Positions 22,865 through 32,702 of a stretch of DNA of 64,000 bases are shown here, one piece after another. The notes below the pieces were generated by a model. That model was not told the origin of the DNA. It worked only from the letters and a program-made list of their open reading frames with translations, and did not search any database. This stretch comes from Bacteroidales bacterium. Its GTDB lineage: Bacteria > Bacteroidota > Bacteroidia > Bacteroidales > FEN-979. Position 1 is the first letter of the stretch. Each line of letters begins with the position of its first letter. Location: positions 1,813,670-1,877,669 of the forward strand of contig OY759717.1 in assembly GCA_963662525.1 (NCBI GenBank). The letters run 5' to 3'. Position numbers and translations under genes: made by a program.

Positions 22865-25486
22865 TCATTTTACCATGGATATCTTGATATTTCTTTGAAG
22901 ATGCGAATTTTCTTTGATTGTTACAAAATATATCCCGGAAGGAAATTCTGACAGGTTGATGCTGAAAGGATCAGAACCAAGCGCTGCATCCTTTTTATAA
23001 TATATTTCGGTTCCCACTATATTCCTGACGATGATCTCTGATGTTCTCGGAGCAGCCTCCTTATTGATGAGATAAATGATTCCGGTTGAAGGGTTTGGAT
23101 ATACGACCAGGGTGGAAGAGGGATCAGGTTCTTCAATTCCCAGCGGGTTTTTGCTGATGTTGATCTCCAGCTGGTACATTCCGGTTTGTTTAATAAAATT
23201 GGTATATACGCAGAAAGAGAGTTCTCCTCCTTTGGCGGATTCAAATTTTGCGGGGCCGGAATTGTTGCAGGGAAATTGCCATACGGTATCTTGTGGTCTC
23301 CAGTAATTCCAGAAACCGTTGAGTGAATGCGACCAGCTGGTATCGTATTCTGAATTTCGCAGATTGGCTTCTATATTATAAGAGAACCCTATGGGAAGCG
23401 CTATTTTATAAAAGTCAACATCTGTACCCACATGGCAATTGGCATTATCCAATAATATTTTCGCACTATTTCCTATAAAAGATAGCGGTAATACTGAACT
23501 TATCTGCACTGAGTCGTTGGGTTCGTAACGGTCGGCCACAAGCTGACTGGCATTGACCTGTAACCTGACCGGGTTTTGAAAACCTGAGGACCCGACCAAT
23601 TCGAATTCGGCATTAGCCGGACTTTTATACCACAAGGCGATCATGTAGCTTCCTGCCGAAACAGGGATCCTGTTCGTGCTGAAAGTGAGCTCACCGGAGG
23701 CAGATCCTGCCGCGAGGGTATAATTTTCCTTTTGTGCAATTGAATAGAGAAAATTACCGTCGGCATCATGAATTGCAAGGTTCAGCATTCCTGAATAATC
23801 TACACCTCCATTGTTTCTGATCGCCAGTTTCACGCTGGCAGCCTTGCCCTCAGTAAGTATATCTGGCAATACCGTCATTGCAGAAGCCATTTCGATGACA
23901 TCGGGATTGATGACCTCCGCCACGGGAAAGTTGACATATTGAAGAGTGTCGTTTACCTCCATCCAGTCGTCGCCAACGTAACTATACATAATACCGATCA
24001 TGTACTTACCGGGCAGCATTTCTGGCAGACCACTGTTTTTGAAGGTGATATATTCAGCGTTTTCCCCGGCCCAGATCGTAAAAGGATTGATGATCTCAAC
24101 AAAACCAATACGCAGCTGGTTGCTGTCGAAAATGGCTGCCCCAAGGCTGCCGGTAAAATCGGCTTGGCCGTTGTTACGGATGCTGGTGCTTATGGAGATA
24201 GAATCTTCGTATTGAATGATATCCGAAAGCAGGGTGACCGGAGCGCTGAGGTTGAGATTAAAATATTTTCCCTGGCCGGGCATGGGGCGGACTCCCTTTA
24301 TCATTTCGTGGCCACAGATATACCTGGAACCTGGAGGGTTGAGCGAGTTGATCTCAAAGTAGCCGTCATCGTCACCTCCCCATCCCCAGTTGATATGAAA
24401 CTTTCCATTATTATCATAACCATCGCATATAAATGCGTGGCCGCCACCTTTGGGGCTCGGATCCTGAGCTGCATAGAGCACAGGAAGTCTGGCATCCAGG
24501 TCTTCTTTTAAAAGATCGATCCACTCTGTATCTGTATAATTATGCCTGCTGAGGCCCCTCAGGGCAGGGTCGTAACCAAAATAATTTTTCAGGGCATTTT
24601 CAGTACACTTTCTTTTCGTCCCAAAATCGATCACAAAGGCAGAACTTCCTCCAACAGCGGCAATTCCATATTCCATTTCAACGGCAATCCCGCAATGATA
24701 CATAAGGGTTGCAACGGCATTAATAGCGGCCGTGTCGCTGTCGTTATCCAAACGGTCAGGCATTACACTCCAGGCATACTTTGTACCTCCAAAATTGGCT
24801 GAAAGTGTGCCATATTTCTCTGTTTTATTGGATGCGGAACCGGTTCCCTGCTTAGGATAATTGTGATATTTCATCACCATGGCCATGGCTGTCGCAACAC
24901 AACCTGTGACGGTAAGCTCTTTGGGTTTTTTATTTTCAGGACATAGCTTGTTATAATGAGGGGACTGATTCCAATATAATTTGATCAGGGGTTCAATGGC
25001 TTTCACTCCTTTGTCTGAATGGTTTGACCCACTTGATCTGTTTTGGTATTCCATCCAGGCCGATTCAATTTCAGGAGTAGCCCGGATTTTTTGGGCTACC
25101 GCACTTTTTATCTGTTCTTTATAACTCCATAAAAATGATGCTGCTGCCGGAGCTATGTTGGACATCGAGAAATCTCCTTCCATTGAGTAACCCAATATGG
25201 GGGTTACGATATCATCGCCGGCAACGATGACAAACCCGGGGCTTCCTGTAAAATTGTAAACATAAAAGGCCGGGAATGCGTTTGTTCCGGCATCCTGATT
25301 TGTTTGCAGATCGTTTGAAGTACAGACCAATACCGGTATTGGCAAGGCCTTGAGTTGGTTCATGCCGATCCGGCTTGCGAAGAAATTACCGGCGACTTTT
25401 CCGGCAGTACGCTCTTCAACCTGTTTTGCGCTGGTTATCCAGGAAAATGCGGTTAAGAATAATACGATCGTTAAAATTCTTTTCAT
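22865..25486 (-). CDS. C10-family (streptopain/SpeB-like) cysteine peptidase with an N-terminal Spi-type propeptide, Ig-like repeats and a T9SS sorting domain
   Basis: Propeptide-like AFYVYNFTGSPGFVIVAGDDIVTPILGYS. Catalytic Cys block WNQSPHYNKLCP...TGCVATAMAMVMKYHNYP. His block GGHAFICDGYDNNGKFHINWGWGG. C-terminus LVVYPNPSTGIIYLIN...GIYFVTIKENSHLQRNIKISMVK. Confidence 0.88.
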   Translation of the reverse strand: MKRILTIVLFLTAFSWITSAKQVEERTAGKVAGNFFASRIGMNQLKALPIPVLVCTSNDLQTNQDAGTNAFPAFYVYNFTGSPGFVIVAGDDIVTPILGYSMEGDFSMSNIAPAAASFLWSYKEQIKSAVAQKIRATPEIESAWMEYQNRSSGSNHSDKGVKAIEPLIKLYWNQSPHYNKLCPENKKPKELTVTGCVATAMAMVMKYHNYPKQGTGSASNKTEKYGTLSANFGGTKYAWSVMPDRLDNDSDTAAINAVATLMYHCGIAVEMEYGIAAVGGSSAFVIDFGTKRKCTENALKNYFGYDPALRGLSRHNYTDTEWIDLLKEDLDARLPVLYAAQDPSPKGGGHAFICDGYDNNGKFHINWGWGGDDDGYFEINSLNPPGSRYICGHEMIKGVRPMPGQGKYFNLNLSAPVTLLSDIIQYEDSISISTSIRNNGQADFTGSLGAAIFDSNQLRIGFVEIINPFTIWAGENAEYITFKNSGLPEMLPGKYMIGIMYSYVGDDWMEVNDTLQYVNFPVAEVINPDVIEMASAMTVLPDILTEGKAASVKLAIRNNGGVDYSGMLNLAIHDADGNFLYSIAQKENYTLAAGSASGELTFSTNRIPVSAGSYMIALWYKSPANAEFELVGSSGFQNPVRLQVNASQLVADRYEPNDSVQISSVLPLSFIGNSAKILLDNANCHVGTDVDFYKIALPIGFSYNIEANLRNSEYDTSWSHSLNGFWNYWRPQDTVWQFPCNNSGPAKFESAKGGELSFCVYTNFIKQTGMYQLEINISKNPLGIEEPDPSSTLVVYPNPSTGIIYLINKEAAPRTSEIIVRNIVGTEIYYKKDAALGSDPFSINLSEFPSGIYFVTIKENSHLQRNIKISMVK

Positions 25487-25496
25487 ATTCTTGGGG

Positions 25497-28439
25497 TTAT
25501 TTAGTTAATATAAGTGAATAGGAAACTTTTTCACCGGATTTAAAATATAAAGTAAGAAGATAGTTGCCGGACGAGAAGAAGGAGAGGTCGACAGATAGTT
25601 TATCCCCCTCGGGTTTTATCGATGAACGGTATACCGTTTTACCCATCTGGCTTGTCACGGATATGTTTTGCAGATCCGCCTGCATTCCTTCATCCATCCT
25701 GATTTCAACCTGCCCTTTGGTGGGATTGGGGAACAGGTGGATTTTGGTTTTCAGCTTGTTCTCTATATTGGTCGGATTCCCAAATCTGGCTTCAAGATTA
25801 CGGTTTCCCTGGGCAATGAATGTCAAGTTGGCGGAATCACTAATCTTCGTTCCGTTTTCGAACCAACCCGTGAATGAGAAGGATTTCAGGGGTGTGGCCG
25901 CCATGGCGACTGTATCTCCGATCTTGTAAAGTCCGCCGCCGCTGGCATCTCCGCCATTTCTCGGCACTTCAGTTTCATTCACCTTGATCTTTCCCGAGGG
26001 TACATACATATCCGATTCCCATATTCCTCTTCCATAAGTGGCGGCGCGGATGGTTCCTGCCATATAACAAATGTCCAGGTCTGTTACCATCACATTGGGA
26101 AGTTGGTTGTTGAACGGAATCCAGTTAGAAAGGGTTGAGTCACGGTAAAAAACACCAAGATCGGTCCCGATGTAGAGCGCATCATTGGAGAAATCCTCAT
26201 AAACAATGCAATTCACCGGCACTTTTGGCAAGTTGGTACCCGAAATGTCTTTCCAGCTTTCGCCTCCGTCAATGGTACTGAATACCTTTAAGGAGTCATA
26301 CCCGGAGAAGGCGACAAACACCTTTTTTGGATCTGTTGGATGAATTGCTATTCCCGTGATCATGTTTTTGTTCTTGCCCAGGGCAGTCAGCTTAAGCGTG
26401 TCAATGGCTTTCATATTTCCCCCCCCGTTGGTGGTCATGTAGAGGCTTTTCGCGGTACCCGCCCAGATCACTTTCGGATCATATTGGGAAATGGCCATGG
26501 TCCTGAACTGGAAATCGCCCGGAACTTTGTGATCCATCCTGGTGATACTGTCCCACTTGTTACCCCGGTTGGTTGTTTTCCAGATATCCCGGTATCCTGC
26601 ATAAAGAATTTCAGGATTGATCGGGTCGATGGCAATGGGAGTGATCCAGGAACCTCTGTTTTTGCTTTTGATACTGTCGGAAATCAACGTACAGTCCTCT
26701 TTCCAGGTACCGTTAAGGGTTCTTTTGATGACTCCATCAGAATAGCAGGCATACCTGATATTCGGATCAAGCCAGTCGATCAGGCAGTCCATCCCGTCGC
26801 CCCCGATGGCATCAGGAGTCAGCCACTCACCCGGAGCGGTGCGCACCTGTGAACCATTGTCCTGGAATCCGGCAATGATCAGATCTTTCTCCTCCCAGGA
26901 GCCTCCGATACGGTAAATCTGCCCGATCTGCATTCCTCCGGAGATATCAATCCACTTTTTCCCCCCATCCTGTGTATAATAAACTCCTCCGTCGTTACAG
27001 TCGAAGAATGTCCCTTTTTTCAGTGGATGAAAGGCAAAGGCATGCTTATCAGCATGGACCTGTTCCAGATTTATCGGTTCAACACTTTTTTCCCAATAAC
27101 TGGCAAGGTTGAATTCCCTTCCTCCGTCGGTGCTTTTCCAGGTGTTGATACCGCCCAGCCAGCGGATGTTGAGAGAATCGGGGTCGATCATATAGCACAG
27201 GTCATACCAGCCTTGTCCGCTACATGCATCATTGTACATTTCGGGATCGACGTAACTGTGCAGATAATTGTTGCTACAGTTTTTATACACTTTTACAACA
27301 GTATCCCCAAAGGAGGCTCCGTCACTTATTGACCTGAATATCCCGGCCAATCCACCATACACGGAATCCAGTACGCACAGCGCTTCGACCATGCCGGGTT
27401 TTTTAGGTGTCACTGCCAGCTTGATCCTATTGATGTTGGTGAATTTTGTCACCGAATCCCAGCTTTTTCCCCAGTCGACTGACCGGTAGATCTGGGCTGA
27501 TCTTTTATAGGATGATTTTGTTGCAGCATACATAGTTTTAGTTGTGCCTGGCTTGTAAACTATGTCGCAGAAGTTTAATGTAGGCCCCACCGAAACAGTA
27601 TCCTGCCCTCCATTCATCAGCTTGTAAATGCCGCATGACGTCGTTGCAAACAGCATGCTGCTGGTGTCGGGATTCATGATCAGCCTGCTTACCTGATACT
27701 CTTTATCCTTGCCGGTTTCAAAGCTCAGACCTGTCTTTTTCCAGGTCAATCCGCCATCAATCGATTTCAGGATGCCGAGGCTTTTCGTGTCACCTGAACC
27801 TGTCCCGTTAAATTTGTTATCTCCTCCGTCGTAATCTCCTGTAGCGAGGTACATGGTATTTGAATTTTTCGGATCGATAACGATCTCGCTGATGCCAAGA
27901 ATGGGCTGGCGGTCAAAATTTGTAGTCCAGGTTTTACCGAAGTCGGTGGTTTTCCACAACCCTCCCGCAGGGGTTCCTGCCCAAAAAGTGTTGATATCGT
28001 TTGGATGAAAGGCGATACAGTTAACCCGGCCTACCCCAAAGTAACGGTTCTCAGGTTTGTCGGGACCCAGGGACTTCCAGTTACCCGCTGCATCTGAATT
28101 ATCCGTTGTATGTTCGGCGGAATACTTTTCCCACTCCTTAACAACCACATTGTTCGGGGGGAATGTCCCGTCATGATTGATGCGGGCTTCCCAGTACCAC
28201 TCCCAGCGTTTGAAAGGTTTATAGCCTGATCCTCTGGTAACCTCCCGTCCTTTCCAGTAATCATTGAAATTTTTTTGTATCTGGTAGAAATTCGCTTTAG
28301 CCGGCGTTGTTGCGGCACCGGAAGGGGCCTGGGCAGAAGCTGATTGCCGTGCTGTGATCAGGGCAAAAAACAAGCTGATTGCGGGAAGGAGCAGCCATGT
28401 CTTGCCCGTTAAACATTTTGTGGTATATTTTGTTTTCAT
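25497..28439 (-). CDS. BNR/Asp-box repeat beta-propeller protein (sortilin/VPS10- or GH74-like) with a T9SS sorting domain
   Basis: Multiple Asp-boxes (TTDFGKTW, SIDGGLTW, RSVDWGKSW, STDGGREF, TQDGGKKW, TTNRGNKW, TIDGGESW). C-terminus IHLFPNPTKGQVEIRM...GNYLLTLYFKSGEKVSYSLILTK. It starts 2 nt after the stop of 28442..28876, and its stop is 10 nt upstream of the start of the C10 gene. Confidence 0.8.
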   Translation of the reverse strand: MKTKYTTKCLTGKTWLLLPAISLFFALITARQSASAQAPSGAATTPAKANFYQIQKNFNDYWKGREVTRGSGYKPFKRWEWYWEARINHDGTFPPNNVVVKEWEKYSAEHTTDNSDAAGNWKSLGPDKPENRYFGVGRVNCIAFHPNDINTFWAGTPAGGLWKTTDFGKTWTTNFDRQPILGISEIVIDPKNSNTMYLATGDYDGGDNKFNGTGSGDTKSLGILKSIDGGLTWKKTGLSFETGKDKEYQVSRLIMNPDTSSMLFATTSCGIYKLMNGGQDTVSVGPTLNFCDIVYKPGTTKTMYAATKSSYKRSAQIYRSVDWGKSWDSVTKFTNINRIKLAVTPKKPGMVEALCVLDSVYGGLAGIFRSISDGASFGDTVVKVYKNCSNNYLHSYVDPEMYNDACSGQGWYDLCYMIDPDSLNIRWLGGINTWKSTDGGREFNLASYWEKSVEPINLEQVHADKHAFAFHPLKKGTFFDCNDGGVYYTQDGGKKWIDISGGMQIGQIYRIGGSWEEKDLIIAGFQDNGSQVRTAPGEWLTPDAIGGDGMDCLIDWLDPNIRYACYSDGVIKRTLNGTWKEDCTLISDSIKSKNRGSWITPIAIDPINPEILYAGYRDIWKTTNRGNKWDSITRMDHKVPGDFQFRTMAISQYDPKVIWAGTAKSLYMTTNGGGNMKAIDTLKLTALGKNKNMITGIAIHPTDPKKVFVAFSGYDSLKVFSTIDGGESWKDISGTNLPKVPVNCIVYEDFSNDALYIGTDLGVFYRDSTLSNWIPFNNQLPNVMVTDLDICYMAGTIRAATYGRGIWESDMYVPSGKIKVNETEVPRNGGDASGGGLYKIGDTVAMAATPLKSFSFTGWFENGTKISDSANLTFIAQGNRNLEARFGNPTNIENKLKTKIHLFPNPTKGQVEIRMDEGMQADLQNISVTSQMGKTVYRSSIKPEGDKLSVDLSFFSSGNYLLTLYFKSGEKVSYSLILTK

Positions 28440-28441
28440 TT

Positions 28442-28876
28442 TTACTTTGTATTTGATTTAATATTAAACGACGGGTCAATTTTCTTTATGGGGAAATACT
28501 TTTCTCCATGGATTAAGCTTTTGATGGCTTTTTCGAGTTCCTGTTTCCCGGAAGTCTTCATTACAAAACCCATGGCACCTGAATTTATCATTTCATTATC
28601 ATATTCCTGATCGTAATACATGCTGAACATCAGGATTTTTAAACCCGGGGTGATTTCCAATCCCAGCCTTGTGGCTTCCAGTCCGTTCATAACTGGCATT
28701 TCAATATCCATCAGAACCAGATCGGGATTATGAGTTTTGAGCAGGCTCAGAAATGCCTGGCCATTTTCGGCTTCAGCAATTATCTCTCCCATCTCTTCTT
28801 TTTCGATGAGGAGTTTTATTCCTTCACGAAACAGCGGATGGTTGTCGACAATAATAATCTTTGGGCGGGATGGCAT
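28442..28876 (-). CDS. Stand-alone REC-domain response regulator (no output domain)
   Basis: KIIIVDNHPLFREGIKLLIE...PDLVLMDIEMPVMNGLEAT...KILMFSMY.... It is highly similar to the REC of 29005..29664 but ends after the receiver. Confidence 0.85.
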   Translation of the reverse strand: MPSRPKIIIVDNHPLFREGIKLLIEKEEMGEIIAEAENGQAFLSLLKTHNPDLVLMDIEMPVMNGLEATRLGLEITPGLKILMFSMYYDQEYDNEMINSGAMGFVMKTSGKQELEKAIKSLIHGEKYFPIKKIDPSFNIKSNTK

Positions 28877-28901
28877 CTGACAAAACGTTTTTCACAGGCA
28901 A

Positions 28902-28909
28902 CAAATATA
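28902..28909 (-). promoter_or_regulatory. -7 promoter box (TATATTTG on the minus strand) ahead of the REC / BNR / C10 gene string
   Basis: Exact TAnnTTTG match, 26 nt upstream of the ATG at 28876. Confidence 0.5.
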
Positions 28910-29004
28910 GCTCCGGAAATTTCGAATTACTATGGGATAAATGCTGAAAATGCTGCCAGGAATCCTAAAAATGAATTAGGGTAAACCCTATAGCAGGGAG
29001 GATA

Positions 29005-29664
29005 TTATATTTCTACGATTTTGTTTTTAATAGCAAACAATATCAGGTTAACCGTATTTCGGGTTTCGGTTTTCTGCAGCAATTTTGCCCGGTGTGCTTC
29101 AACGGTTTTAATGGACCTATGGATTTTATCTGCAATTTCAATGGGGGAGAGCCCCCCGCAGAGAAGTTTCAATACTTCAAGTTCACGTTCCGTGAAATTG
29201 TTTTCATGAGATACAGTAAGATTCGATGCTGAATTTTTCTGGCTTAAATCAAGGATGATTTTGCGGAGAAGCTCATTCGAAAAATAGCTTTGTCCATGAA
29301 TGACGGTTTTAATGGCGTTTTCAAGTTCTATCTTTCCGGCTGATTTGAGTACACAGCCCATGGCCCCAATGTTGATCAGTTTTGCATAGTCGTTGAGCAT
29401 GTCAAGCATTGTGACCAGTAAAATTTTCAGGCCCGGCTTTCTGGAAATTGCTATTTCCGTTGCTTCAATACCTCCCATGACGGGCATTTCTATGTCCATT
29501 AATACGATGTCCGGATCCTGGGTTTCGAGCAGGTCAAGAAACGCCTGCCCGTTCGAGGCCTCGGAAATAACCATACCCATGCCTTCTGTTTCGATGAGGA
29601 GTTTTATCCCTTCGCGGAATAAAAGATGATCATCGACCAGGATTATTTTTGTTGTGGATGTCAT
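29005..29664 (-). CDS. NarL/FixJ (LuxR-type HTH) family response regulator
   Basis: REC domain (ILVDDHLLFREGI...DIVLMDIEMPVMGGIEAT) plus C-terminal TERELEVLKLLCGGLSPIEIADKIHRSIKTVEAHRAKLLQK. Confidence 0.9.
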   Translation of the reverse strand: MTSTTKIILVDDHLLFREGIKLLIETEGMGMVISEASNGQAFLDLLETQDPDIVLMDIEMPVMGGIEATEIAISRKPGLKILLVTMLDMLNDYAKLINIGAMGCVLKSAGKIELENAIKTVIHGQSYFSNELLRKIILDLSQKNSASNLTVSHENNFTERELEVLKLLCGGLSPIEIADKIHRSIKTVEAHRAKLLQKTETRNTVNLILFAIKNKIVEI

Positions 29665-29703
29665 GGAAACTATATTGTATTTCCGTTGCGTTACAGGAAA
29701 AAT

Positions 29704-31197
29704 TTAGTCAAGGGGTATTTCAATATAAATTTCAAACCCTTTCCCTGCTGCGGTTTTAATTATAATTACTCCCCGGATAAGCATTATTCTTTGCTGAATA
29801 TTCAACAGCCCCAAGCCTTCTTGGCTTTTTTCAACGAGGCCCAGATCGAACCCAATTCCATTATCAGTATAGGTAAAGTTGATCCTGTTTTTTTCTTGTG
29901 CATAAAAATAGGAAATATTTACCTGGGTTGCCTTGGCATATTTTAAAGTATTGTTGATTAATTCAGTGGTAATTCGATAAAGCGTGGTTTCCCTCAAAAG
30001 ACTGAACCTCGCTTTTGTGTTGAAGTTAAAGTTGATGGATAGCTTCTGCAGATCGTTAATGCTATTGATAAAGTTCAGAACCGCATCAACATAGCCATGT
30101 TTGGAAAGAATAGCAGAACTAAGGCCCATGGCGACTTCGCGGATTGTCTGTATCGCTTTTTCGATGTTGTTGTTGCCTTTTTCTGTAATTAATTTTTTCT
30201 TTTCCGGATCATCGGTTTCTGCAAGCCACTGGAAATAGAGCTTGATGGTTGAAAGAAGAGGGCCGAGACCATCGTGCAGTTCTCTGGCAAACCGGTTCCT
30301 TTCCTGTTCTTCCACCTCGACAGTCAAATTAAAGAGCGCACCTTCAATGGCGACTTTCTCAGTGATGTCGCGGTTTGAGGCCCTAATGCCAAGGTATTTG
30401 CCGTTGTTGTAAATCCTTCTGCAAACATGGTCAATCCAGCGAATTTTACCGCCTTTGGTCACGATCCGGAAATTGATCTCCAGGGCGGTCTCCCCGGGCC
30501 GGTCACAACCTTCTTCTTTTTTGTGCGACTCCCAGAGTTCTTTGTCTTCATGGAAAACAATATTGTCAATTAAGGCCGGATCCTGAATAAACTCTTCTAT
30601 TGAATAACCCGTGATCTTTTCAGCAATGGGTGACATATAGATGACCTGTGCGTCAACACCAGTCCAGTATTCCCAGTCGTAGGTATAATCGGCAATTGTC
30701 TTGTATTTTTCCTCGCTTTTTTTCAATGCTGTATTGGACTGGGCTAACTCCAACGATGATTGTTTCAGCAGCGCTGCATCAAGGATAATTTTTTGTTTAT
30801 AGTTGAATAAGTCAAGAAAGATATTGATTTTGTTGACCAGGATACGATCGTTGAATGGTTTAAGGATATAGTCGATGGCGCCGTTATCATATCCTCTGGA
30901 AATATCAGTTTCGGAAAGGTATTTAGCGGTCAGAAAAATAATGGGAACCTTGTCATTGATCCTGGATTCATTGATTTTTAAGGCGAGTTCATATCCGTTC
31001 ATGCCAGGCATTTCTACATCGAGTATGGCAAGCGCCAGGTCGATTTTATGGCTCATCTCAATTGCCAAATGTCCTGAAAGCGCTCGTATTACATTGACTT
31101 TTATCTTCTTGATGCGGATAATAGCCTCAAGGAGATCCAGATTATCGACAGAATCATCAACGATGAGAACGTTTGGTAAATTTGGCTTTGACATCAA
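29704..31197 (-). CDS. Hybrid sensor histidine kinase: N-terminal REC, PAS, HisKA_3 and HATPase_c
   Basis: REC (VLIVDDSVDNLDLL...LDVEMPGMNGYEL...FLTAK), a PAS-like segment, ERNRFARELHDGLGPLL (HisKA_3 H-box), and an ATPase region with DNGIGFD and GLGLLNIQQR blocks. Confidence 0.88.
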   Translation of the reverse strand: MMSKPNLPNVLIVDDSVDNLDLLEAIIRIKKIKVNVIRALSGHLAIEMSHKIDLALAILDVEMPGMNGYELALKINESRINDKVPIIFLTAKYLSETDISRGYDNGAIDYILKPFNDRILVNKINIFLDLFNYKQKIILDAALLKQSSLELAQSNTALKKSEEKYKTIADYTYDWEYWTGVDAQVIYMSPIAEKITGYSIEEFIQDPALIDNIVFHEDKELWESHKKEEGCDRPGETALEINFRIVTKGGKIRWIDHVCRRIYNNGKYLGIRASNRDITEKVAIEGALFNLTVEVEEQERNRFARELHDGLGPLLSTIKLYFQWLAETDDPEKKKLITEKGNNNIEKAIQTIREVAMGLSSAILSKHGYVDAVLNFINSINDLQKLSINFNFNTKARFSLLRETTLYRITTELINNTLKYAKATQVNISYFYAQEKNRINFTYTDNGIGFDLGLVEKSQEGLGLLNIQQRIMLIRGVIIIKTAAGKGFEIYIEIPLD

Positions 31198-31327
31198 GCA
31201 AATCTAATCCAATTTTCCCAAATTATAACTAAGGGTCAGGTTTTTCATGGATATGTCAGCTTTGATCCTTTTTAACCGCTTCTCCCGGTTTGCATTCCGG
31301 ACCAGCCCGGGCAGTAGTCTGCCGGCC

Positions 31328-32641
31328 TCAGAAGGCGTCTTTCAGACATCGCACGGAAAACCCCTGGCTCCTCAAGGTTTTTAACCGGTAAACCCCGGTA
31401 TCAGCACTATTCATGGATCGAAACCAGGAGATGGTATCGGATTGGGTGCCGGTCCAGAAAAGCCCATAGTTGCCTGCCCGGATAAAGCCTCCATGGGTAT
31501 TTCTATAGCCCCCCGGCAACGCGGTGAAACCGCTTGCATTGCTGCCGTTGCCTTCATAGTTCCATCCGGTGGAAGACTTCAATAACTTCCCTATCCCTCC
31601 GGAATTCCGAAGGTAGACAGAATCTGCCTCGTACCAGCTCATCCCGAGGTTGGTTTCTAAAACTTTCCATTCTTCATCATATGGAATGTGCCAGCCGGAA
31701 GGACAAACGCCACGGTATCGGTCTTTGACGCCTTTTTCTTTTTCTGGTTCAAGGATGGCAGCCGGCCAGTTGTATAGCGCACCATATAAGGTATAATTCA
31801 GTGTGGCTTTGGCTGCTGATACGATGGTATCTTCATAACCATAAACATAAAAATGCCTGAGAGAATCGGAACCTGTCGTCGATGCACTTACTTTTGGCAA
31901 CCAGGCAAGATTTTCTGCCATCCAGGTCTGATTTCCGATATGGACGATGGCATAATTTCTGCCATCGGGATCCTGGCAAAGCTCGAAATCAACTGTATAA
32001 TTTTTTGAAACCGTAGGAGAATCTGTGACTATGGTTGTGTAGATATCACCCCTGCAGCGATACAGGATGATGTCGCCCGCTGTATATCCCAATGTGTAAA
32101 GCGCAGTTCCTTTCAACAGAGGTGATTGTTCAGACCCCGTTGAAGTTCCATTGAAGCGGATTGTATTTCCATTGCCGGATGTTTCCATACAGATGACTTT
32201 ATGGCTTTCCGTGCCGTGTAACGTACTGATGCTGACAAGATACACCCCTGTTTTGGAAACGGTGATTGAAAATGTTTGGAAACCGGCATTGACCGTGGTC
32301 CGGGTACTTGCCAGCAATTGCCCGGTAAGATTTCGCATCTCCAACGAAACCTGCTGAGCCTCCGGAATGCTGACGGCAAGGTTGGTTATTTCCTGGAAGG
32401 GATTCGGGAAAACGATTCCCTGCTGATTAAGGTTTTTATGGTCATAGATTCCTGTATTTTTTGATAGAACCAGGGTGTCATTGCCTGGCAGGGTGATACT
32501 TTCATTGGTCCGGAGGTTGGTGGCTTTTATGGAATCCACCTTACTGGCGGCCCCGATAGCAGAAAAGGTCATATTCAGATTTTGTCCGTAAAGGATCACG
32601 GGACTCAATACCCATAGCATAAGTATGTATATTTTTGACAT
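31328..32641 (-). CDS. FISUMP (Fibrobacter succinogenes major paralogous) domain protein with an internal Por-tail-like Ig domain
   Basis: C-terminal half IGNQTWMAENLAW...YGALYNW...CPSGWHIPYDEEWKVLE...GFTALPGGYR...GFSVRCLKD is FISUMP-like. Residues ~76-152 (VFPNPFQEITNLAVSIP...VSLEMRNLTGQLL...GVYLVSISTLHGTESHKVI) resemble a T9SS type-A domain but are not C-terminal. Confidence 0.75.
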   Translation of the reverse strand: MSKIYILMLWVLSPVILYGQNLNMTFSAIGAASKVDSIKATNLRTNESITLPGNDTLVLSKNTGIYDHKNLNQQGIVFPNPFQEITNLAVSIPEAQQVSLEMRNLTGQLLASTRTTVNAGFQTFSITVSKTGVYLVSISTLHGTESHKVICMETSGNGNTIRFNGTSTGSEQSPLLKGTALYTLGYTAGDIILYRCRGDIYTTIVTDSPTVSKNYTVDFELCQDPDGRNYAIVHIGNQTWMAENLAWLPKVSASTTGSDSLRHFYVYGYEDTIVSAAKATLNYTLYGALYNWPAAILEPEKEKGVKDRYRGVCPSGWHIPYDEEWKVLETNLGMSWYEADSVYLRNSGGIGKLLKSSTGWNYEGNGSNASGFTALPGGYRNTHGGFIRAGNYGLFWTGTQSDTISWFRSMNSADTGVYRLKTLRSQGFSVRCLKDAF

Positions 32642-32702
32642 TCTTATTTGTATTAATTGGTTCCTATTATCATGAATTTTTTACACATTATTCCATTCTG
32701 TT

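Noticed and set aside
31255-31327. GGCAG-TAGT-CTGCC and CCGG...CCGG stems downstream of the FISUMP gene as a terminator.
   Set aside because: The stems are short with no U-tract on the transcribed strand. This is not convincing as a rho-independent terminator.
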